Below are positions 20,101 through 26,714 of a stretch of DNA of 64,000 nt, one piece after another. The notes beneath the pieces are model-generated. The model made no database searches and was not told the origin of the DNA. It saw only the letters and a list, made by a program, of their open reading frames with translations. Numbering within the stretch: the stretch's first letter is position 1; each line of letters opens with the position of its first letter. The position numbers were made by a program, and so were the translations under genes. Origin of the DNA: Bdellovibrionales bacterium (GTDB taxonomy: Bacteria; Bdellovibrionota; Bdellovibrionia; Bdellovibrionales; UBA1609); contig OZ241877.1 in assembly GCA_965203095.1 (NCBI GenBank), forward strand, positions 1,120,001-1,184,000. The letters are read 5' to 3'.

Positions 20101-21171
20101 ATCACAAAAAATGGCAAGATACCAGAAGATATAAAAAATTATTTTGAAATTATTTTAAAAGAAGGGAAAAAAAAAGATACTTCAGTATTATTTCATTTTG
20201 GATCTTATTTGTCTCAACTATGGTATTTAGATAGGGAATGGACAATTACATATATTAAAGCCTTAATGAGTTGGGATAAACAAAAAATTTTACCGGATAA
20301 AAAAAGCCAAATCCAAAACTCATCTAAAGCCCCACTATCAGAGAAACACACATGGAAGGCTTTATGGCAAGGGTATTTATTCCAGAATATGTTTTTAGGT
20401 CCTGATTTTTTAGAAGATTTTAAAAAAGAGTTTCTTAATTTTCTTTTGAATTATAAAAATGCCTTAACAGGCAATTATCCAACAGACTATCTTTGGAATA
20501 TTGCCGGATTGTTTTTTACTGCAACAGGAGGTCGAGGGATAAAAAACATATTTACAGATGAAGAATCCATAAAGCTTATCCAAAACTTAGATGTAGATAT
20601 TTTAGAGGCCCTTTCTCGAAAAATATGGGATCTATTAAAAGACACAGAAACAAATAAAAAAGCTGTTTTATGGTCTGAAAAAATAAAACCCTGGATAGAG
20701 GAATTTTGGCCTGCACAAAAAACCAAAATGAATCCTAAAATAGCAGGCAATTTATCTTTTATTATATTGCACTGTGGGAATAAACTGCCTGATGCATTTG
20801 ATATTTTAAAAGATAAAATTAAAGGAATCATTACTGACAATTCTAATAGTTGGATATCTCTTCATATAATCCATCAAACAGGTTTAGGTAAAGCTCATGA
20901 TTCTCCTTCTTCTCAAAAGCAAAGCGAACAAAAAAAGCTTAAAGATTCAAATAAAAACAACCAGACAAAAGGCTCTAAAAATAAATTGGCTTATATATTT
21001 GATTATCCTGATGAATTGTTGCAACTTTTAAACTGGAACTTTCCTAAAAAAATAGAATTTTATTTTGATGAAAAAATAAATAAAATATTAAAAGAATTAG
21101 AAACCAAAGATCCTAATATAAAAAAGCATGCACAATATAAAGAATTAAAAGAAAAACATCCTCTTTCTTAA
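17167..21171 (+). CDS. Dsr1-like defence-associated sirtuin (SIR2 NADase plus long C-terminal region)
   Basis: LVFFCGAGIS..LPDF, LVTTNFD, FLHG, DFGLAYL..WA.RF, LFIGYSINDP; size and N-terminus resemble Dsr1 (recalled, not searched). Confidence 0.85.
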   Translation: MIQLIPQSPKIPYEIEQDLRDDNLVFFCGAGISAPSKLPDFDDLVEKVCKKLNVDLNNPLLKSAKKRGDYASVLDLLEGNQDFSVPPGILRKEIINILSDHNGKTSNHKALLDLSVLPDNKGHRLVTTNFDGLFLKAKPDLIFDSAPKLAPPRKEKWKNLTFLHGLIDEENDPEGKNLILTRTDFGLAYLHDNWAGRFIIQLFQDFKVLFIGYSINDPVMNYLISAISYENKRRQKDNPSKNVEKNQIRPSIYAFVGYKEDQKQEKENQWRSNGVEPIPYKITDKDNHSLLYETLKEWAEEKRKDSDGRKNWLKEKLEKPYKKETDKQKAEIVISTFKIDEQLAEYLPEINLSLDPKKRKAVDISWLKAFSEEEEESKNQNNISLLASRAEPKIKNSLLTKLTSRTAQSGPYPLWEALSPTEKNMAHWLIHHLDKKELIHWLIKKAPVQMGLIPLHPEFKDMIKWQLKHLEENSNKKLDKRKSLFWEIAISQKDHPNKLDRADMLIYELNEKGYSYAKMKKLLYFLEPQIGFETYFYDRKFSKILDPNKIYETKLIIGMDHYPEPSLKEDIVFRHAEDWTDLLKKAMELSKWAGLIQNGYDFSHVQRSSIANHKQNKTYHSWTYLIDLVRNSFDLTMEKDKKLAEVLLNKWKNYPYSLFYRLILYAVTKHSNLNEEIAVKLFEEKPAQTLWSPSCQNEVLKFLKDRKHSKNAIDKILPLIMKGLPQSLFKENIDENFFMELKERAIHLRLHHLKFSGVQLPKDIEKYYKKIPIKYSFTPSTKEDSDRDGFSFYTEEPTLLGSENRYHNMTDTAIFNDIKYTKPNTFPHEDWKRAEFQSFIKDFSDRAFKILFMFLDSSINSVPFWRAFIIETSNMTDTQKGNDYFLKSFKKIENFNDDFFTKCLSAIIYGFSTKGSLIYDKDKELFKKWWKRLWVFSLKEHKSAEEDSDMAWRGANSNLGRLSHLVFLILWSKFPNGKITKNGKIPEDIKNYFEIILKEGKKKDTSVLFHFGSYLSQLWYLDREWTITYIKALMSWDKQKILPDKKSQIQNSSKAPLSEKHTWKALWQGYLFQNMFLGPDFLEDFKKEFLNFLLNYKNALTGNYPTDYLWNIAGLFFTATGGRGIKNIFTDEESIKLIQNLDVDILEALSRKIWDLLKDTETNKKAVLWSEKIKPWIEEFWPAQKTKMNPKIAGNLSFIILHCGNKLPDAFDILKDKIKGIITDNSNSWISLHIIHQTGLGKAHDSPSSQKQSEQKKLKDSNKNNQTKGSKNKLAYIFDYPDELLQLLNWNFPKKIEFYFDEKINKILKELETKDPNIKKHAQYKELKEKHPLS

Positions 21172-21188
21172 TTTCCTTTTTCAAAAAG

Positions 21189-21264
21189 TATACTGATCAC
21201 ATTTGAAATTTCCATTCAGAACAGAGAATAAAAAAGACAAGAATTTTTAAATAAAATTAGTATA
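21189..21264. mobile_element. IS630-derived MITE
   Basis: TA-TACTGATCACATTTGAAATTTC ... AATTTTTAAATAAAATTAGTA-TA; ends resemble the IS630 ends at 24586/25720. Confidence 0.8.
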
Positions 21265-21281
21265 TATTTAATTTATCAAAC

Positions 21282-21728
21282 TTATAAAAAATAATTCCAG
21301 TTTTCTTTATATTTTTCAAGCTTTGATAAAGGTTTTGTGATCCCCCATTTCTGTATATCCTCAACTGGAATTATGTAGCAATCTCCATTATTACTATCTA
21401 TTCCAAGAATAATATCACAATCTTTTTTTGTGTATTTATAGTTTCTCTTTTTAGCTCTCTTATCAAACTGTTTTCCCGATCTGACTCCACCTTCAAAGTT
21501 TAAAGTTCCTGTGCTTGTTCCTTTTATTTGTATTCTTAAAAGTTTTGTCTTTTTCCCTGAAATATCTATAACAGCGTCATATTTAGCATTTGTTATGTCT
21601 ACTTTAGAGCAGGCAAAGCCTGCTTTAATTGCTCGTCCTATGGCAATAAACTCGTCTGAATTGCCATTCATAGTTCGAAATATGCCTTTGTCTTTATTGG
21701 TTAGATTTACCGTCCATTTTTTAGACAT
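21282..21728 (-). CDS. Small PD-(D/E)XK endonuclease, probable cognate restriction enzyme
   Basis: G.SDE, YDAVID...RIQIKGT, YTKKDCDI; start overlaps the MTase stop. Confidence 0.75.
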   Translation of the reverse strand: MSKKWTVNLTNKDKGIFRTMNGNSDEFIAIGRAIKAGFACSKVDITNAKYDAVIDISGKKTKLLRIQIKGTSTGTLNFEGGVRSGKQFDKRAKKRNYKYTKKDCDIILGIDSNNGDCYIIPVEDIQKWGITKPLSKLEKYKENWNYFL

Positions 21729-22693
21729 CTTTTCATTTCCTTAGCTATCTTGATAACAACTGGAACAGAGATACTATTGCCTATCTGTTTATAAAGATGA
21801 GACTTTGCTATATCCGGTAAAATAAAGCTATCAGGGAATCCTTGAAATCTTGCACACTCTCTGGGTGTTAATTTTCTTATTCCATATCTATCTTTAACAA
21901 GAGGGACATTGTGACCTCCTGTTCCCATATTGGCCGTTAGAGTTGGACAAGTGTCCGATTTGTTTTCTCTTACATAAGATCGTCTCCATTGGTAAATAGT
22001 GTTTGGCTTTTTTATCTCTTTTTTTAGTGTTTTATGAATGGGAAAGTTATGATAATAAAAACCTATATCTTGTTTCTTTTTTAATAAAATATCTTTGATC
22101 TTTTTTTGTAATTTGACAGGATTTGGAAAATTAAAAGCTGTTTCTTTTAAAAAACCCACAATGTAAATTCTTTCCCGTGTTTGAGGGGTGTTTCCATATT
22201 CTTTTGTGTTCATTATTTTATAACAAACATTGTATCTAATAGCTTTTAATTCTTTTAAGATTTTATTTAAAAAAATTCCTTTATCCAAAGAGGCAAGTCC
22301 TCTCACATTTTCTAATAGAAAGCTATCTGGTTTTTTCTCTTTAAGTATTCTTTTTATTTCAAAAAATAGAATACTTCTTTTATCTTTTAATCCTTTTCTA
22401 TAACCAGCATAACTGAAAGGCTGACAAGGGAAACCTGCAAGCAATATGTTATGATCTGGGATTTCTTTAGACGATATTTTATTTATATCACCAAACGGAA
22501 TTTCATTAAAGTTTGCATTGTAAGTTATTCTGGCTTGTTTATCTATTTCACTTGAAAAAACACACTCGCCACCAACTTTTTCAAAAGCCAATCTTAAACC
22601 TCCAATTCCTGCAAACAAGTCAATAAACTTAAAACTTTTAGGAGAGTATTCATAACTCAAAATGTTAGAAACAAATTTATCAAAAGACTCCAT
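21707..22693 (-). CDS. DNA cytosine-5 methyltransferase (intact)
   Basis: DLFAGIGG, GFPCQPFS, ENVRG, QTRERIY, RFQGFPD, KQIGNS. Confidence 0.96.
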   Translation of the reverse strand: MESFDKFVSNILSYEYSPKSFKFIDLFAGIGGLRLAFEKVGGECVFSSEIDKQARITYNANFNEIPFGDINKISSKEIPDHNILLAGFPCQPFSYAGYRKGLKDKRSILFFEIKRILKEKKPDSFLLENVRGLASLDKGIFLNKILKELKAIRYNVCYKIMNTKEYGNTPQTRERIYIVGFLKETAFNFPNPVKLQKKIKDILLKKKQDIGFYYHNFPIHKTLKKEIKKPNTIYQWRRSYVRENKSDTCPTLTANMGTGGHNVPLVKDRYGIRKLTPRECARFQGFPDSFILPDIAKSHLYKQIGNSISVPVVIKIAKEMKRCLKNGR

Positions 22694-23064
22694 TATTGTC
22701 CTACCAATTGTTTATAAGCTTTGTCCTATTCCTTACATAAAGCTCCAGCTTTTCCATCGTGTCTTTAATTACAATTCCTTTGATCTAATATAAAAATAAG
22801 TCCATTCCAATATCTTAGCAAATGTTTATTTTTATCTTAATACTTTGACAGACCTTAGTCTTGAACTTTGTCTTTTTATCCCCCCAGCTTGTTTCTTTTT
22901 TGATCTTATTTCTGTATTTGTTTTCTCTAAGATAACATATCGAAGCATAAACCAATCTGGATAACTCCCATCTTTTTAAATGATTATAAGCTTAAAATTC
23001 CTTTCTTGCAAGTTTAAAGTAAATATATATTAGATTTTATAAAGGTTCAACTGGTTAGGGCCAG

Positions 23065-23103
23065 AGTTGTCGCTAAGTGTCAAAAATCCAGATAAGTTTA
23101 TTT
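23065..23103. repeat. 39-bp direct repeat, copy 2
   Basis: AGTTGTCGCTAAGTGTCAAAAATCCAGATAAGTTTATTT; partner of 16951..16989. Confidence 0.7.
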
Positions 23104-23148
23104 CAAAGGATTGTATAAAATAGCCTCATGGTTTGCAATTTAAAAAAA

Positions 23149-23568
23149 TTAAGGATTACAACAGTTTTTATGGACAATAATTTTTGATATTTTTTCCTGA
23201 CGATCGATTAGAAAGACAAGTTGCCAAGTATCTTTATTTTTGGTTTTAGCACTTTCAATTATATAAGTGGGAAACATATCACTAAAATAATGACCTGTGT
23301 AGTCTCCAAATATTTTTCTTATTTCCCCTCTATCTTTGCCAATATATTTTTTTTGATTTTTAATAAGAGAGCAAGCCATCTTTGCCCTTGTAGGTTCATT
23401 ATCTTCTGCCAACTTAAACTTTGTAATATCCAAAGGTTCTTCTCCCCATCTTTTACAGACTGTTTTAAGGCTCATGAGATCTCCATGCCAAAAATGTCTT
23501 GTCTTAGCATATATAAAAGGAATAGCTATCAGAAATAGAACTACAGCTACTACAATTATTTTTTTCAT
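23149..23568 (-). CDS. Hypothetical exported protein
   Basis: MKKIIVVAVVLFLIA signal-like N-terminus, GGAG RBS; no family recognised. Confidence 0.7.
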   Translation of the reverse strand: MKKIIVVAVVLFLIAIPFIYAKTRHFWHGDLMSLKTVCKRWGEEPLDITKFKLAEDNEPTRAKMACSLIKNQKKYIGKDRGEIRKIFGDYTGHYFSDMFPTYIIESAKTKNKDTWQLVFLIDRQEKISKIIVHKNCCNP

Positions 23569-23631
23569 TGTCTCATCTCCTTGTTTTAAATTTTTTTACA
23601 CAGTATGTTCTCACAATTCACAACAATAAAT

Positions 23632-23823
23632 TTATATCTTATCATTAAATAATTTAACAGGATTTATTTTAAACTGAAGCATTTTTGCTGTCTCTCTCCC
23701 GGCGTCTCCACCCTTCCTTTGCATGGTAATTTTTCCAATTTTCAAACTTCCTCTGGGAGTGATTTTTACCGGACCCTCTGCAAAAAAATTCATAACATGG
23801 TTTATAGATTTTAAAATCCATTT
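23632..23823 (-). pseudogene. C-terminal remnant of a HinP1I-like type II restriction endonuclease
   Basis: Alternative frame reads KWILKSINHVMNFFAEGPVKITPRGSLKIGKITMQRKGGDAGRETAKMLQFKINPVKLFNDKI*, preceded by a stop; QRKGGD..LQFK motif recalled from the HinP1I family. Confidence 0.75.
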
Positions 23824-24585
23824 CTAAAGATGCAGAAACATCATGGTTAATATATTTTTTGGTAAAATCAAGTAAACTTTTTCCACATGCTCGAACAACA
23901 TTGACAGTCATAGCATTGCCCGATTGGCTGAGAATTTGATTTTCAGAGATTTTATTTTTAACTTGGATAGCTAATTTTTTGGGAAATCCTTGTAAAAGAA
24001 GAGACTCATACCCAGACAATCTCCTAAACTGATTTTTTTTCACATACAAAAGGCCATGCCGCCCTGTTCTTAAAGTAGGTATTGTCTCTCTGTATAGACG
24101 CAAATCCGACTGTCGGGTATCAACTATTAAAAACTCTTCTCTCAACAGATCGCTTGCAGAAAAAACTCCTTTATTATATTTATTTTTTAAATAATTTAAA
24201 AAAGTTTTATAAGATTTTCTCTGACTCTTTGTGAATGCCAAATTGTCTTCATCAATTAAATATCGCCTTATATTATTCATTTTTATTCGTTCAGGTTGTT
24301 GATGAAAATAACTATAGAAATCACCAGAGTTTTTTATTAAGTCTTTTCTAATCCCTATAAAATAAATTCTTTCTCTCCTGTGAGGCAAACCATAATGAGA
24401 GCTGTCCATTTTTTTAGCTATGACCTTATATCCTCCAACCTCTAAGAGATCCAATATAATTTTAAAAGTTTGCCCTTGTTTATGATTTAAAAGCCCTTTA
24501 ACATTTTCTAAAATAAAGTATTTTATTTTTTTAGCTTTCATTATTTTTAAAAGCCCAAAAATAATTTGTCCTCTTTCATCTGTTA

Positions 24586-25720
24586 TACTGGTTTGATTTA
24601 AAAAATCAAGTTTTTTTGATAAAGGTTTAGTTTTTGGCATTATGAGTTTTCCAAATCTTTTGGATGTTCTATAATATGTTTCTATGAACTCATTTTTAAC
24701 TGGCAAGCAAAAAGCAGAGCTTTTAACTTTTCTTCGTTTGGAAAGGAATCGTAGGCGAGCGGATCGTATCCGGGTTATTTTGTTGCTGGATAGTGGAGAG
24801 TCTGTCACCGATATTGCGAGATTTTTATTTTTTGATGAAGGAACTATCAGAAACTGCAAAAGGCGTTATGAAGAAGGAGGTTTGTCGAGGTTGGTTTATG
24901 ACGATCATAGAGGTCGCATGTCGTATTTATCTGAGGAACAACGGAAGAAACTGGTTTTGGAGTTGGAGTCAAAGGTATATCCCACAACAAAGGCAGTTGT
25001 TTTATATGTTCAAAAGACATTTGGGGTTGTTTATACTGTGAATGGAATGACGGCTTTACTTCACAAGTTAGATTTTTCATATAAGAAGCCAAAGGGTGTG
25101 CCTGGGAAGGCTGATATTGAGAAGCAGAAGGTGTTTATTCAAAGATATCGCAGGATAAAAAAGAGAGGTGATTTAGTGTATTTTGCGGATTCAACTCATC
25201 CTATGCTCAATCCTGTAATATCATCGGGTTGGATTAAGAAGGGGGTGGAGTTTAAGGTTAAAACTAATTCAGGTCGTGAGCGGGTGAATATAAATGGTGC
25301 GATAGAGATAAATAGTTTAGATTTTGTCAGTAGAAGCTGTGAGAGGGTTAATAAAAATTCAATGCAGGAGTTATTGCGAGCTGTGAGGGCGAGACAGCCT
25401 ATGAGGGATAAAAGGTTGTATTTGGTTTTAGACAATGCACCATATAACAGGGCCTTTCAGGTGAGGGATTTAGCGAAAAGTTTGGATATTACTTTGCTGT
25501 ATTTGCCTCCATTTTCTCCTAATTTGAATCCTATTGAGAGGTTTTGGAAATTTGTAAAGAAGAAGACAATGGCTAATGTGTATTTTTCAGATCTTAAAAC
25601 TTTTCGTAAAGAGTTGATGCTGTTTTTAAGAGGTGTTAGAAAATACAGGGCTGAATTGTCCATGCTTATTACTGATAATTTTCATGTCATCGAAACCTGA
25701 AAATTCAAACAAGACCAGTA
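24586..25720 (+). mobile_element. IS630-family insertion sequence, 1135 bp, TA duplication
   Basis: TIRs TACTGGTTTGATTTAAAAAATCA / TACTGGTCTTGTTTGAATTTTCA; TA at 24584-85 and 25721-22. Confidence 0.95.
24684..25700 (+). CDS. IS630 transposase
   Basis: HTH region, FSYKKP, FADSTHP, LDNAPY, LPPFSPNLNPIERFW (DDE). Confidence 0.96.
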   Translation: MNSFLTGKQKAELLTFLRLERNRRRADRIRVILLLDSGESVTDIARFLFFDEGTIRNCKRRYEEGGLSRLVYDDHRGRMSYLSEEQRKKLVLELESKVYPTTKAVVLYVQKTFGVVYTVNGMTALLHKLDFSYKKPKGVPGKADIEKQKVFIQRYRRIKKRGDLVYFADSTHPMLNPVISSGWIKKGVEFKVKTNSGRERVNINGAIEINSLDFVSRSCERVNKNSMQELLRAVRARQPMRDKRLYLVLDNAPYNRAFQVRDLAKSLDITLLYLPPFSPNLNPIERFWKFVKKKTMANVYFSDLKTFRKELMLFLRGVRKYRAELSMLITDNFHVIET

Positions 25721-25999
25721 TAAACCTTTTCTCTGACCTACAATAGAAAAAGCTTGGCAGGGGAATCCTGCCACTAATAAATCAAAATTTGGTAAAACAA
25801 AGGGATTGATTTTCATTAAATCCCCATAATTGGTTTCATTATTTCTAAAAAACTGCCGGTATGTGTTTTCAGCATTTTTATCAATTTCTGAAAAGCCAAT
25901 GCATTTCATCCCTATTGTTTCTAAGCCTAGCCGGCCCCCACCAATACCAGCACAAAAATCAATAAATTTCATAAAATCTCTATAATCCTCTCAGAATCA

Positions 26000-26077
26000 G
26001 TCATTCCTTTAATAGCAAGGATCTATGAATTTCTGTTCTTTCTTGCAAAGCAAGATATCTGGATTCACGGGAATAAC
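26000..26077. repeat. Degenerate dRS3-like pair with conserved spacer
   Basis: GTCATTCC...GGATCTA ... CTGGATTCACGGGAATAAC; spacer TCTTTCTTGCAAAGCAAGATATCT matches 56575-56598. Confidence 0.55.
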
Positions 26078-26481
26078 GGAGTTTATTATAGCTTATTTTT
26101 TCTAAAAAAAGCAGTAAAAAATAAGTTCATAGTGAGATAATAGTAGGAAAAGCCAGCCCCTCAAACTTAAAGTTGATTATCTGAACAGTTTAAAAAGACG
26201 GGCTAGCGGGTTCACAAAACATTATGGGGGGAGGCCAACGGTGGGTCAGCTGTCCATTCTGACGGAAAAGAAAATCTGGCAAATCCATAGAAAAAGCTGA
26301 TTTATACTGATAAAATTCTTAAGAAAAAAATAAAAAAGGGCAGAATAACATGGAGAAAGTAAAATTAATTGATTTTTTTCTATAAGGTAAACAAATAATT
26401 TTAATAAGTTAAAATTTTAATCTAATAAAATCAAGCTTTTTTTAAGTAAAAATCAATTTTATGATTTTTTTTAAAAAAAAT

Positions 26482-26510
26482 TTGTCAAAACAAAATTTTT
26501 TTTATATAAT
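26482..26510 (+). promoter_or_regulatory. Sigma-70 promoter of the putative 6S RNA
   Basis: TTGTCA-N17-TATAAT with an A/T-rich upstream element. Confidence 0.75.
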
Positions 26511-26515
26511 CCCTA

Positions 26516-26698
26516 AAAGAGAAGGAGGAGTAGGATAGCTAAAGACTAAAAATGAACCCTACAGCCACAGAACGAGGAAGGTCTCTGGCGACGGTGTGCA
26601 AGCCGGCCTCTTGAGCTGGAAGCCTAAAGTTGCTATCGCTTTCACTCACCTTAACCTTCGGGTTCATTTTGTCTTTCTGCTGTCCACTTTCCTCTTTT
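26516..26698 (+). ncRNA. ssrS: Probable 6S RNA
   Basis: ~180-nt GC-richer rod: end-to-end closing stem incl. AAAATGAACCC/GGGTTCATTTT, central unpaired bubble, apical stem; CACTCACCT...CGGGTTCA motif; own promoter and T-run. Confidence 0.75.
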
Positions 26699-26714
26699 TT
26701 TTATTCTATAAAAT

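Larger units (their letters stand above)
23669..25972 (-). pseudogene. DNA cytosine-5 methyltransferase split by IS630
   Basis: N-part 25721..25972 (DFCAGIGG, GFPCQAFS) and C-part 23669..24585 (ENVKG, RRERIY, QSGNA); removing the IS and one TA restores in-frame ...RKGLTDERG... Confidence 0.93.

Noticed and set aside
22830..22975. Minus-strand peptide YPDWFMLRYVILEKTNTEI resembling a plasmid Rep_3 fragment
   Set aside because: Too short and interrupted by stops to support homology without a search
24586..24859. N-terminal 90 aa of the listed 396-aa ORF (23669..24859)
   Set aside because: This is antisense IS630 sequence read in frame with the MTase C-half, not a real N-terminus
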